NCBI GenBank assembly: GCA_052327205.1
Contig: CM126207.1
Location: 102,238,001 to 102,302,000, forward strand
From: Somniosus microcephalus
Taxonomy: Eukaryota
Direction of reading: 5' to 3'
DNA: 64,000 nt
Positions 33,540-47,009 of this stretch are shown in pieces; positions within the stretch are counted from its first letter, which is position 1; each line of letters begins with the position of its first letter. The position numbers were made by a program, and so were the translations under genes. The notes under the pieces were generated by a model. That model worked only from the letters and a program-made list of their open reading frames with translations. It had not been told where the DNA came from and did no database searches.

Positions 33540-36500
33540 TCTAGTGTATGTGCTTTAAGTCAGAACTGCTTTTTACAGCTCCTGTATACTGTAGTACCGG
33601 CAGTAACCACACCGGTATATAAGCTGTGCGCATGCCTCTGTACTCCAGTCTAGAGATGACCCTCCTCCAGTAAAGACCTGTTGTTTGTTATATACAGCAT
33701 CCGTGTAATTCTTTATCCACTGAACCACGGATCTAACAGTGGCGATGAGTGTTGATGCAAATCTACCTGTAACATTAAACAAAAACAACAACAAAAAAAA
33801 TAGTTGAGTCCAGGAACACGGGCGTCGACCGCGAGCAACCGCCCAGCAGTCAGGCAGAGATCCAACTTCCCTGGGGAGGCTGTGGAGAGCCGGGCTTGGT
33901 TCCCCAGCCACAACGAGCAGTAAGAGACCGACGACAGGTCCTGAGCTGACCCTTCCCGAGCAGCAGCGGCTGGAGCCGACCGACGGCAGAGAGAGAGAGC
34001 CGGGCAGCGTCGACGGGGTAAGAAAAAGGGTGAAGAGAGCAGGGCGCAGCCGGGGGTTGATCACCAAGCAGCGTCGTGGAAAAATACTGCAAAACCAGAG
34101 AGAGAGAGGGTAAGAAGCAGCTGGGTTCTAGACCGAGCGGCGTCGACAAATATCAAGAGAAGAATGCGCAGAGCACAGCCAGGGATCACGGGCTGATCAG
34201 GGTCCGCGGGGCGAAGCAAGGGGAGACGCCATTGAGCCGCGGAGAAGCAGGAAGAGCGCGGGAGATGCCATTGAGCCGCGGAAAAGCAGGGAGAGCGCGG
34301 GAGGTGCCATTGAGCCATGGAGAAGAAGGAAGAGCGCGGGAGACGCCATTTTGCGAAGCCGCAGCGGAGAAGACGGGCGAGCGCGGGAAGGAAGGAAAGC
34401 GCGGGAGATGCCATTTTGTGCCAGCGGAGAAGAAGGGGAAGCGCAGGAGGCGCCATTGGGGATAGTTAACGCACAACCAAGGATGCCAAAGAGTGGCAGT
34501 ATCTCTATGTTCGACAATGAAGTCGAAGATTGGGCGACATATGTGGAATGTATTGAGGTGTACTGCAGGGCGAATGAAGTGCCAGATGCTAATAAAGCAC
34601 TGGTTCTGTTAAATTCCATGGGTGCAAAAACTTATGGGTTACTGCGGAATCTAATAACCCCAGAGAAGCCGGTAAACAAGGATTTTGGAAGCATAGTAGA
34701 AATCCTACAGGACCACTTAAGCCCCACACCGCTGCTGATAGCAGAATGATTTAAGTTCCATAAAAGGAACCAACACAAAGACGAAAGCAATGCTGAGTAC
34801 CTAACGGAACTGCGCAAGCTATCGAAATACTGCCAGTTTGGAGCGGGACTAGCAGACACATTAAGGGACAAGTTTGTGTGTGGGCTACAAAGTGAAGGAA
34901 CCCAGAAACGGCTTCTATCAGAAAAGGACCTTACGCTGGACAAAGCTTTCAATATGGCAGTATCACACGAAGCAGCTGCAAGGGGCGCTGCAGAGATACA
35001 ACGGAGACCGCAAGAATATGGCACCAACGAAATGACCTATGGGACAGGGAAGTGCTATCGCTGCGGCAGAACAACACATGACCAGAAAGATTGTTGGTTC
35101 AAGGACCAAGTGTGCAGACAGTGTGGGAAAGCAGGACACATAGCAAGAGTCTGCAGGTCTGGGAAGAAAACCAACAGTAAGAAATCTCCACAGGAGAAGT
35201 ACAAAAAGGTACACCAGGTGATGGACAGTGGTTCAGACGAACAGAAAAGTGACACAGACTCCGGAAGCAAGGAGCTGGGTTGTCTGAAACTACATAATGT
35301 AACCGAAATAGAGGATCACCAGACTATCTGGGTTACACTCAAGATAGACGGAGTCCAAGTGGAAATGGAATTGGACACAGGGTCAGCTCTAACAGTCATA
35401 AATCAAAGCGACTACAAGCGGCTATTTTCACACATACCCTTGAAAGCTACAGAGATTGTCTTGAAGATGTATACGGGGCAAAAAGTCTACCCCAAAGGAA
35501 AAATAAGGGTGAAAGTGACATATAAAGGTCAGGAAATACCTAAAATGGATATATATATATTGCCAAATGGAGGACCACCACTGCTAGGACGTGAGTGGAT
35601 CTGGAAGATACATTTAGATTGGCATTCCATATAGGCACTGAAGGTGGAGGCCAAAAAGGATGACGACGTCACACCTGGACGACTGTCAAAAATGCTAACT
35701 GACGCAAAAGAAGTGTTCCAGGAGGGATTAGGAACACTAAAAGGAGTAACAGCAACAATTAAAATAGAGGATAATGCAAGCCCAAAGTTTCTGAAGGCCA
35801 GACCAATGCCTTATGTGATCAGACCAGCGGTTGAAGCAGAGCTGGAAGGGTTGGAACGTTCAGGAGTACTGTCCAAAGTGGACTGGAGCGAGTGGGCTAC
35901 ACCCATCGTCCCTGTAATGAAGAGGCCGTTGAGTAATACGCCTGGGGAACCAAAGAAGATCCGCATCTGTGGGGATTTTAAGGTGACAGTGAACCTAGTC
36001 CTTCACACGGTGCAATATCCGCTTCCACGAACTGAGGATATTTTCGCCTCGCTATCTGGTGGTAAACGCTTCACTAAAATTGATCTAGCCCAGGCGTACT
36101 TGCAAATGGAGGTAGAAGAAGCTTCGAAACATTACCTTACGATCAACACCCATAAAGGTCTCTATCAATACAGCCGGCTGGTGTTTGGAGTAGCCTCGGC
36201 TCCGGCTATCTGGCAAAGGGCAATGGATCAGGTCCTGCAAGGGATTCCAGGGACCCAGTGTTATTTAGACGACATCTTGGTCACGGGCGAAAATGACGGT
36301 GATCACCTCGCTAACTTGGAGAAGGTGCTTGCCAGATTAAAGGAATATGGGCTACGAGCTAATCGCCACAAGTGCGAGTTTTTCCAGAAACAGATCTCGT
36401 ATTGCGGCCACGTCATCGATGAAGAGGGGTTACATAAGTCCCCTGACAGGATTGAGGCAGTAGTCAAGGCTCCAGCACCGGAAAATGTGTCACAACTGAG

Positions 36501-38716
36501 GTCGTTCCTCGGGCTGGTAAACTATTAGCACAAGTTCTTACCAAATTTGTCTACGGTACTACACCCACTGCACACCCTACTACAAACAGGGGTGCCATGG
36601 AAGTGGGATGACGAACGTAGACGAGCTTTCCAGAAGTGTAAAGAATTGATCACATCAAAAGAGGTGTTGGCCCATTTCAACCCAGCACTACCAATTCGTT
36701 TGGCGTGTGATGCATCACCCTACAGCATTGGAGCGGTGCTGTCGCACAAATTCCCAGACGGTTTGGAGAGGCCAGTGGCCTTTGCGTCTCGGTCACTAAC
36801 CTCAGCCGAGCGCAGCTACACCCAGATTGACAGGGAGGCCCTCGGCCTAGTATGGGGAGTAAAAAAATTCAACCATTATCTGCATGGACAGAAGTTCACC
36901 TTGCTGACTGACAACCAACCACTTGTCTCCATCTTTAACCCTAAGAAGGGTGTGCCAGTAATGACTGCACAGCGGTTACAAAGATGGCCCCTGTTTCTAG
37001 GGGCGAATCAATATGAAATAGAATATAAAGGCACGAAACAGCATGGGAACTCTGATGGGCTATCGCGCCTGCCACTGCCTACGGTGGAGGAAGCACCAGC
37101 AGTGGACCCTATCGAGATATTTTATTTGTCGATAATTGAACGATTGCCAGTAACAAACGCGGATATAGAGAAGGAGACCCGCAATGATCCGATGCTGTTA
37201 CGGGTATATGAATTGATGGTGAGGGGATGGCCAACACATGGCGACTCACTGTTGCCAGCATTCTCATCCAGAAGAGAACAGCTGTCAGTATGCCAGGGGA
37301 CAGTGATGTGTGGATCCAGAGTGGTGATTCCACCCAAGTTAAGGGAGAGAGTGCTAAAGGGGCTACATGAAGGTCATCTGGGGGGAGTGAAAATGAAAAG
37401 CCTTGCTAGGGCTTATGTGTGGTGGCCGGGAATCGATCAACAAATCGAAGACCTAACTAAGAGCTGCTTAGGATGCCAGAAGGTCCAAAATGCACCACCA
37501 CATGCCCCTCTACACCCATGGGAGTGGCCCTCCTCTCCATGGCAACGGGTGCACATTAATTTCGCTGGTCCATTCATGGACTCAATGTTCTTAATAGCCG
37601 TGGATGCTCATTCAAAGTGGCCTGAGGTGATAAAGATGTCTTCAACCACTACAGAGAAAACGATTGCAGTCCTACGGACCATATTTGCCAGAAACGGTTT
37701 GCCAGAGCAGATTTGCTCTGATAATGGACCACAGTTTGTGTCCGACGAGTTCTAAAAATTCATGAAAGGAATGGGGTAAGGCATTACACATCCGCCCCGT
37801 ATCATCCAGCCACCAATGGATTGGCTGAGAGGTTCGTACAAACCTTTAAGAAGGCGATAAAGGCCATGTGCGACGAGGAAATTCCACTACAGCATAAGAT
37901 GGACAATTTCTTATTAGCCTACCGAAACGCGACACATGCAGTTACCAACCAGACTCCGGCCATGATGTTCTTTAACAGAAGGTTGAGATCTCGTCTGGAT
38001 TTGCTCAGACCAAATGTGCGAAGAAATGCTGAGGACAAACAATTCCAGCACATCAACGAGAAGCCGACAAGGAGCTTCAATGTAGGGCAACCAGTCTTGG
38101 CCCGTGACTATCGAACAGAGAAGTGGCAACCCGGAACGATATGTACAAGGCAGGGGCCATTAATGTACACAGTGGATGTCAGGGAGAACATTGTGAGATG
38201 TCACGTCGATCAGATCTTAGCGTCACAGGAAGGCGTCAACCCCATGCCTCGAGTACCTGGGGATGAACCTGACATACTGGTAGCATCTACTTCAGACCCA
38301 GTAGCAGTGGAACCCGATGAACTACCCGATGAAAAGGGGTCAGAATCGCCTCTGCACCAAGAACAAGAACCTCCGGAAAGGCGCTATCCCGAAAGGGTCA
38401 GGAAGCCGCCCCAAAGACTGAATCTATAAATGGACTTTTTGTTATTGAATGTACATGTAAAAATGTAATTGTTATTTGAATATTAAGGGGGTATTATTAA
38501 TCCAGAAAGGGAGGAATTGTAGTTTATGTGCTTTAAGTCAGAACTACTTTTTACAGCTCCTGTATACTGTAGTACCGGCAGTAACCACACCGGTATATAA
38601 GCTGTGCGCATGCCTCTGTACTCCAGTCTAGAGATGACCCTCCTCCAGTAAAGACCCGTTGTTTGTTATATACAGCATCCGTGTAATTCTTTATCCACTG
38701 AACCACGGATCTAACA
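33540..38716 (+). mobile_element. Full-length decayed Gypsy LTR retrotransposon A3
   Basis: 199-bp LTRs at 33540-33738 and 38518-38716 (4 differences); TSD GAGGG; PBS TGGCGATGAG at 33740; PPT AGAAAGGGAGGAA. Confidence 0.97.
34483..38429 (+). pseudogene. gag-pol: gag-pol of Gypsy A3 (single frame with several stops and one late frameshift)
   Basis: ORFs 34351-34749, 34876-35634, 35644-36528 and 36547-37755 share a frame; 37821-38429 is shifted. Confidence 0.93.
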
Positions 38717-40451
38717 GAGGGGAACTTGGAGGTGGTGGTGTTCCCATGTGCCTGCTGCCCTTGTCCTTCTAGGTGGAAGTCGCTGCGGGTTTTGGAGGTG
38801 CTGCCGAAGAAGCCTTGGCGAGTTGCTGCAGTGCATCTTTTAGACGGTACACACTGTAGCCCCCTGTTCTGCTACTCGATGCCAGTGATACATCGTAGAC
38901 AGCGCATGCGGAAATGGTCAAGTGGCTTGATGTGATGGCAGTAGCTTCAATCCATGTAGTAGGGTGGCGAGGACAACAGATTGGTACACAGCAACTTTTG
39001 TTGCCCAATTAGTCCCTCATTCCTGCCAAAGTTTCCGCTCAAGTTTTCCAAAGGCAGAGCTGACCCTGCCAACTCGGGGAGTGATGCCATCCCTTCATAT
39101 ATCCTACCTTAACACCCAAAAACTGGCACTGCATTATATTTGTAAACAACTTTTTCTATTGCCACTGCTGTTTCTCCATTCCAATATTCAATTTGCATAA
39201 CATGCCAAGATTTGAATAACCTTCAGTTGTAACAATCAACTTCAAGACTTCATGAGCAATGAGAATACAATGTTAAACAATGTATATTGTTCAACTGTTA
39301 CCAGAATCTTTCAATCATTTCATAACAAAAGCTTATTAAAACATTTTTAATCCGATGGGTACAGTCAGATCACAAATTCAATAGTCTGGTACAGGTAGCA
39401 TTTAACATTGCATTACTTGACAGTTATTGGAACTAGATCATTTGTACATAAGAAAACATTATTCATGTTCCTACCTCCTTTCATGCAAGTATCAAACATT
39501 TTCTTTTGTAGAGGCTTGAATGGCACTGAGACTCAATTTACATAGAAGCAGAATTTAGTTTTTTTTCTAAATGCCTCAGTTAAAGATGAAGGCTTTTTAA
39601 TGCTTTAATAACAAAACATTGCCCTCCAATTTAACAACCCTCCAACTAACTCTCCTCCTTCCCTGTATGCCCTTAGGATAGTTCTCAACAGAAGAGCACT
39701 TGCTTGATGGTCTGATAGGATTGGCCTCCTTTCAATCCTGTCATAAACAGGTCGTATTGAAAGCGGAACCAGATCAATTAAAGGCAACAAGCTGGTGCAG
39801 TGCACGCAGAGGCCTATGCTGCGTTTCAGAGAGTCAAGCCAATGAAGCAAGTTTATGGATAGATTTTATTGTTAACAAGTGTAAGGACTGTGAAACCCAG
39901 TCAGGACTTTTCCATTCCACTCAACAAACACCCTGCAGAAATCTGCCAATCTTACTGTTCTCTCCAGCTGCCCTCAGTACCAATTATACACATATACCAA
40001 TACACTTCGGTGACCAATAGGCCTTGCTAAAAAGCTCGGAGGAGGATATTTGCAGCAACATGTAATCATTTGTTTTTGTGATAATGTTTTTTTTTCCACT
40101 TTTAGGGTGGGAAGTTGGCTAATGCAAAACAGGCTTGTATTTTGCAAGGGTCTGAGGAAATTAAGCATCCGAGAGCCAATTATTTGCTCTCAGCTGACAG
40201 GAGGAATTTTCAATTAAACCAATGGCAGAAACAATTCCTGTGGCCTTGCACATTGGTTTACTCTCCTGTTTTCTTAGTATTTTGGAACCATTACCATCAA
40301 TTATCTGGTTTAAAGGAAAACTGCCTGCTTTAAAATATTTTTCAGCAAACTTGTTTCATTTGTTGGAGAAAGACTCATTTCAGCACAATTTACTATGTGT
40401 GTCCTGTATTTATAAATTCACTCAGACAATGCACCTTTAATTAAGAGCTAG

Positions 40452-40925
40452 AACAACAACAACTTGTATTTATATAGCACCTTTAACATAGTGAAATGTA
40501 CCAAGACATTTCACAGCAACGTTATCAAACAAAATTTGACACCGAGCCACATAAGGAGATATTAGGACAAATGACCAAAAGCTTGGACAAAGAGGCAGAT
40601 TTTAATGAGCGTCTTAAAGGAGGAGAGAGAGGTAGAGAGGTTTAGGGAGGGAATTCCAGCATTTAGGGCCGAGGTAGCTGAAAGCACGGCCGCCAATGGT
40701 GGAGCGATTAAAATTGGGAATGCGCAAGAGGCCAGAATTGGAGAAACGCAGAGATCTCAGAGAGTTATAGGGGGTTACAGAGATAGGGAGGGGTGAGGTC
40801 ATGAAGGGATTTGAAAACAAGGATGTGAATTTTTAAATTGAGGCGCTGCCTGACCGAGAGCCAATGTAAGTCAGCGAGCGCAGGGGTGATGGGTGAATGG
40901 GACTTGGCGCGAGTTAGGATATGGG
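40452..40925 (-). mobile_element. L2 LINE 3' fragment
   Basis: ITPALADLHWL, GGRAFSYLGPKCWNSLP and a (CAA)n tail. Confidence 0.85.
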
Positions 40926-43149
40926 CAACACTGAGATTCCAAAACTTCTCATTAATACAGATTGCAAAACTCATACTGAGAGATTCCAGAACTTCTCTAC
41001 ACTGAAGAGATTCCAAATTTCCGGAGCAATAGCAAAGAGTGGACATTTTTATTTTGATGAGCTTTTGTTATCTTGCCAAGAAATGTCAGTTATGTTATTT
41101 TACATCAGATATTTTTAAATTTCGTATTATTCTTGTAAAGCCCAAAGTCCCTACACCCTGAGAGTGTTTTCAATTGCCCTGATAACCAGGTTAAGTTTGT
41201 AGCATACCCATGGACCAGCGATCCTGGCAATTGCACTGCCTCTGACCCCTTTGAAGTATGCAGGGCCAAGGGAAGGTTACCTAATTTGAATGCCTGAAGT
41301 GAGCGCTGGCACCACTAGGGCGTATCTCGGACATGCACCTACTCCCAGAGGCTGGAAATTGGTAATTTGCTGCCACTCAGGGTAGGGAAGGGGGTGAGGG
41401 GAGATGCCAAGTTGCTTTCCCCCCCCCCCCCGACCTTCTGGAAAGAACATTTATGTTCCCCTGGCAGCCACATTTAAAGTAAGTTTTATAAAGCTTACCC
41501 TCCTTCAGGGCTCCAGGTTACATTCCAGGCGTGGACCCTCAGGTAGGGCTCGCAGCCACCAATCGACAGGCCAGCACGTCTATTCCTAATGGGAGTATCA
41601 ACCGCCAATCCTGGTCTTACTTGCTCCTAGGCTGGGAAAGTAGCAGAAGGTTGGACACCATGGAAGGACCATTAACACGGAAATAAAAAAAGTGAAAATT
41701 GATATATATCCCAATTGAAGCTGCATGGAACTGAGAAGAAAATAGACTGGAAAGTGTGGATGACCAAAATTACCAGTAATGCTTTGTAACTTTCATATTC
41801 TGAACAAAACAATCAGTGGTATTATTTGGGAGGTGTTTTGCCAGCAGGATTGATGGGAGGTGCAAGGCTTACCATCACTGTATTGGTTACAATTTGGCTA
41901 GTTGCCAAGGCAATTCCAAATAATTTCAGTGGGTGTAGCTATCATTTTCACATCTTCCCTTTGGGGAACAGTGTGAAATCATGAAAGGATTCACAGTCTG
42001 ACTGGCTGCATTAACACTCCTTCCATGCCCATAACCATCTTTATATCAGCTGATAGGGTGGTTAGTACTATATGGCAGGAGGGTTTTATAGACTCACATA
42101 ACCCATACAATGAGAGGGGGTGGGCCACCCACACCCAGTGAGTATCTCACTGAATATCAACCCAGAATTCAAGGCCAGAGCTCTGACTTCACTTGCCAGG
42201 ACTGTCTGAAGTGGGGTTTGAACCCTACACTTTCTGGCCCAGAAACAGGAATGCTACCACTGTGCCAAAGGCTCACTCCAGCTAGGCCATGAACCCACAA
42301 TTATCCTTATTATTCTGAAAAAAATAAAAGGCTCTTCTACACAAAGTAACAAGGGTTCAACTGTTTTGTGATGGGTTATGAAATAGGATTTAAGGGAAGT
42401 GCCTTTTTTTTGTTGCGATTCAGGCTTCTCCAGGTGCTTTTCCTCATGCACAACAGAAAAACCTATTCCAATAGACAAGTTGTTGCCTCCTATGAACTGA
42501 AGCAAGAGTAATCTGGGATAGCATGACCTGAGCTAACAATAGGCCTGTTTGTTGTCCTATGGGTGACACGTAGGGTTTCCACTACATACCCATGTCACTT
42601 CAGAGGAAGGAGATTAAAATCAGACACTTCCATAAAAGACTAAACTACCAAACAGGTTTATTCAGAGGTAGCCATTTACAGAAGGAAGCAATGACTGCTG
42701 TTTGAAGTTAGTCCAAATGACAACAGCTTTTAATCAATTCACGAAAGGATTAAAACAAACAATTCCCATCAGTTGAGTTTCTCTGATTGCCTATGTTTGC
42801 AGAACTTAAAAAAATGCTTCTCAGAAAGGGTTTAAACCACCTTATCCGTACTAAGTAGGCATACTAGCAATGGAGTTGTGTTTTATCTCCACATCTGTTG
42901 TGGCTTAGTCAAAACCCGTCAAATATGTCAGAATTTTATATCCAAAAATATCCTTTCAAATAAATTCTCGCCTTTTGAAAAGTCAGTTTGTGAGACAGGG
43001 ACACTTCACTTGACCATTTGGCAGCAAGCTTCATAACACATGCACATAAGGATACGGATAGTCACCAGTGGTGTTTGACAAGTGCTGTGTGTGTTAGGAT
43101 TATCCTAAATAGATTATATCATCAATTAATACACATTAATTGTTTGAGG

Positions 43150-43800
43150 GGTTCCCTGAACGGGCTGCTCTTGCACACCCTCCATTTAGCCATCCTCATC
43201 TGCCATCCAGACACGTCTTGGCGCATCATCTTGCCGTCAGGCGGAGGCGAGGGTCCTCAATGGAGGACTTGTTATGCGGGAGTTCTCCCTTTATCTATTG
43301 GGGACTTGGCCTGGAGGGTGTGGCATGAAGTAGACCCATGAAATAAGGTATTATGTAAGTTCACAGACTCCCAGGCCGCCTGCCTTTTCTGAGGCCTGGA
43401 GGAATCCGTGTTCCATGTTTATGTAGAATGTGAGAGGTTGCAGCTCCTCAATTTTTGGCTGCACTTCAGTCCCATGCTCCTGATCTTTGGTCACCCGGTG
43501 CGGAGGGCAGCGGGCGGATCGGGGACCTCCTCATAGGACCGCTCCTGGGCCTGGCCAAAGTGGCCATCAACTGGTCCAGGCAGCGGGCGGTCGAGGGGAT
43601 TGTTCGACCCGACTGCCTGCCTCTCTTCCATGGCCACGTTCGCGCCTGGGTAGCCCTGGAAATGGAGCACGCGATGTCCGCCGGCACGCTCGAGGCCTTC
43701 TGTGACCGGTGGGCACCGCAGGGACTGGAGTGCATCATCACCCCTGGGAATACAATTTTAATTTAAGTTGTTAAGTTTTATTTAATGTTTTTGTTAAGTT
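43150..43800 (+). mobile_element. Tx1/L1-clade LINE 3' fragment
   Basis: DLAWRVWH...CLF..ESVFHVYVEC (zf-RVT-like) and LLGLAKVAI C-terminus. Confidence 0.75.
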
Positions 43801-44599
43801 ACAGTTTATTTCTTTATAGTGTGCATCAAAAGATTACACATTAATTGTTTCCAGCATTTGGGTGTGCTTGATGACTGGTCAACTATGTGCATATGTCAGT
43901 TATTCACTTAAATTGACTGCTTTTCCCACAAATCATTTATGCAGATTCAAAAGACGAGAAGACATTTTCTCATCGTGTAGCTACAGGAGCCATTTTGAGG
44001 GTGATAGCTTTCTTACATAGTGATGTTTTGGGCAGAAGCCCACTGGTCCATCTAGCCTACCCTTCCAAACCCCCATCAGGTTCTGTACTGTGAGCCTAGA
44101 ACTAACAGCTCTGTATTTCTGAATAGGAAATCATTCAGTCTCTTTTCAAAAACCTCTGTTTCACCACCTTGCTATGAGCAGTGAGAAATATTTAAAACGG
44201 TGATCACTCGAGTTCAGAAGAAATATATTCTGCTAAAAAACAAGAACAAACTAGTTAATAATGAAACACCATGAATGAATAAAGAGATAAGGGTAAAATT
44301 GAAACTAAAGAAAAAGGCAGACGCTGGGTACATAGACAACAAAGGAGAAGATGACAAGAGGGAATACAAAGAGGTTAGGAAATAAGTCAAAAACATTAGG
44401 AAAGCAAAAAGGAACTTCAAAATTAAATTATCGAGGAATATAAAAAGAAATAGTAAAGTATTTTACAGACACATAATTAACAAATAACAAAAGAAAAATC
44501 AGGATGGGGTAGGGCCACTAAAGTATGCACAAGATAAACTCACAGGTAGTGACAGCGAAATGGCAGAAATATTACTCTACCTCAGTATTTACTAGGTAA

Positions 44600-45055
44600 A
44601 AAAAGGATGACTTGCATTTCTGTAGTGTCTTTCATGACCACCGGACATCCCAAAGCACTTTACAGCCAATGAAGTACTTTTTGAAGTGTTGTAATGTAGG
44701 AAACGCAGCAACCAATTTGTGCACAGCAAGCTCCTACAAACAGCAATGCGATAATGACCAGGTAATCTGTTTTAGTGATGTTGATTGAGGGATAAATATT
44801 GGCCAGGACACCGGGGAAATCTCCCCGCTCTTCTTCAAAATAGTGCCATGAGATCTTTCACATGTACCTGAGAGGGCAGCAGGGTCTCGGTTTAACGTCT
44901 CATCTGAAAGTCAGCACCTCTGACATTGCAGCACTCCCTCAGTACGGTACTGGCGTGTCAGCCTAGATTTTTGTGTTTAAGTCTCTGGAGTGGGATTTGA
45001 ACCTACAACTTTCTTGCTATCAGAGGCAAGAGGGCTATCAACTGAGCCACTGGCT
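44600..45055 (-). mobile_element. Deu-domain SINE, near full length
   Basis: tRNA head, Deu core and L2-like tail; reverse complement of the 47010-47550 family. Confidence 0.8.
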
Positions 45056-45389
45056 GCCAGTAACAAGGGGGATTAACACAGGGAGACTAAAAAGGTGGGC
45101 ATGACATTAGAAGACTAGATCAAAAAACATATAAAGACATTTAAGATAGAAAGTGGGGAGATAATTGATAAACTAATCAAACTTAGAAAGGATAAAACCC
45201 CGGATGGATTGCATCCCCACATATTAAAATAAGTTAGAGAACAGATAGCAGAGGCATTATTTCATATATATAAAAATTCATTAATAAAGGGAATAGTGCC
45301 AGAGGACTGTCAGACAGCTAATGTTATTTCTATATTTAAGAAGGGAGATAGAACAAATCCAGGGAACTATAGACCAGTTAGCTTTACAT

Positions 45390-46144
45390 AAACGTTCAGA
45401 ACTTCGGGTTCCCACGGGTGAGTACGCGCTGGGTACTCACGCGTAGGACCAACAAAAGTGCTGGTTTCGTGCATGCACAGGAAACCGGAACTTCCGTTCC
45501 CTTAAAGGAAGTGGTTCACAGGTCAAACGAGTGCGCCGGAGAGGCAGCGCGTACGCCTGGAACTTTCATTTTTTTTGCAGGTTTCCCCGGGAGGGTAAAT
45601 CTCCAGGAGCTACGCTTGTAAAAAGCAGTCACAAGGCCTGTTTTTAACAAGGTAAGTGGTGAATTAAGTTAAATTAAAACATTTTTTCCACAGGTTTATT
45701 ATTTTGAAATACTTTAAAGAAAGATAAGTTTATTTTTAGCCCTGTTAGAAACTGTAATTAATTTTTTCAAAAATTTAAATTATTGTTTAAAATAGTTATT
45801 TTATGTAATTTATAGTTATTTTAAAAATGTGATTTAAAAAAAAAATTATTTGAAGTTTTAGTGATGTTTTGGGGCTGAATTGTATTCATAGATTTGACAG
45901 CTCTTCCTGTCAAATCTATGAATACAGGTTCCCTGCTCCGATTGGCTCTCCATGGCCCACGTGATCCCAGGGGATGCTTCAAACTAACTGCGCCCCTGGG
46001 ATATGCAAGCACTGCGCGCTGGCAGTTGGAGCAGGCCCAGGATCGGAATCCCATGTGGGCCCACAGCACAATGACCGGTGTGCTAGGCAAGTGCAGGTCG
46101 GAGGCTTGCACCCGCGGGAAGCCTCCGACCCGAATTTCTGGGCC
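45390..46144 (+). mobile_element. Harbinger-type MITE (family M)
   Basis: Colinear with 51240-52002; right TIR AATTTCTGGGCC; left TIR degenerate. Confidence 0.85.
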
Positions 46145-46544
46145 ATTAGGAAAGATAACATTTACTCAAAGATGTAATAGAAACCAACAAGAAACTGAAA
46201 ATAAAATAAACAGTAGTCAGCATGGATTTCAAAAGGCTGAACAGGCTGGGGCTCCTTTCTCTTGAAAAAGACTGAAGGGTGACCTGATAGAGGTTTTGAA
46301 GATAACGAAAAGGTTCAATAGGGAAGACCTAGAGAAGATGCTTCCACTTGTGGGGAAGTCTAAAGCTAGGGGCCATAAATATAAGATAGTCACTAATAAA
46401 TCCAATAGGGAATTCGGGAGAAACCTCTTTACCCAAAGAGTGATAAGAATGTGGAACATGATACCACAAGGAATAGTTGAGGAAATAGCATAGGTGCATT
46501 TAAGGGGAAGCTAGATAAATACATGAGGGAGAAAGGAAATTTTT

Positions 46545-46878
46545 CTCTATATATACCCTATCAAATCCTTTAAACATCTTAAACACCTCAATTTATCCCT
46601 TAACACCCCTTAATCTTCCACTCAAGGGAATACAAGCCTAGTCTATGCAACCTGTCCTTTTGGTCCCGGTATCATTCTGGTGAAACTGTGTTGCACCTCC
46701 TCGAAGGCCAAAATATCCTTCCTGAGGTGCGGTGCCCAGAACTGAATGCAGTACTCCAGATGGGGTCTAACCAGAGGTCTCTACAGCTGCAATATAACTT
46801 CCACCCCTTTGTATTCCAACTCTCTTGAGATAAAGGTCAACATTCCATTAGCCTTTCTAATTATTTTTTGTACCTGAT
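46545..46878 (-). mobile_element. CR1 fragment
   Basis: Reverse complement encodes RPHLEYCIQFWAPHLRKDI. Confidence 0.8.
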
Positions 46879-47009
46879 ACCAGTGGACATAAATACTTCA
46901 TTTTTGTCGCAGCGATCTCGTACCAATCTTTCACCAGATGACATGGTAGAAGATGTGTCACTGAACTGCATTAGTTAAATTTCTACTTGTTTACATTATA
47001 TGCCACCTT

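Larger units (their letters stand above)
33310..38860 (-). mobile_element. 3' fragment of the 28.5-31.4 kb LINE family split by Gypsy A3 (33310-33539 and 38717-38860)
   Basis: Reverse complement of 31020-31390, rejoined across the GAGGG TSD. Confidence 0.88.
44180..46540 (+). mobile_element. Old CR1 LINE interrupted by a Deu-SINE and a family-M MITE
   Basis: CR1 ORF2 remnants (GNYRPVS, SQHGF, RNLFTQRVIRMWN) on both sides of the insertions. Confidence 0.8.

Noticed and set aside
34215-34460. CRISPR-like regular repeats
   Set aside because: Head-to-tail tandem units without unique spacers, in vertebrate retrotransposon DNA with no cas genes.
34747-34749. Identical in-frame TGA in gag of A3 and A4 (63145), suggesting programmed readthrough
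   Set aside because: A1 has CGA and A2 has AGA at this codon, and other TGA stops (1556, 23121) also fall at Arg positions. CpG deamination explains it.
44980-45055. tRNA gene-like boxes (also ~9311, ~42200, ~47020)
   Set aside because: Degenerate SINE heads with no intact cloverleaf.
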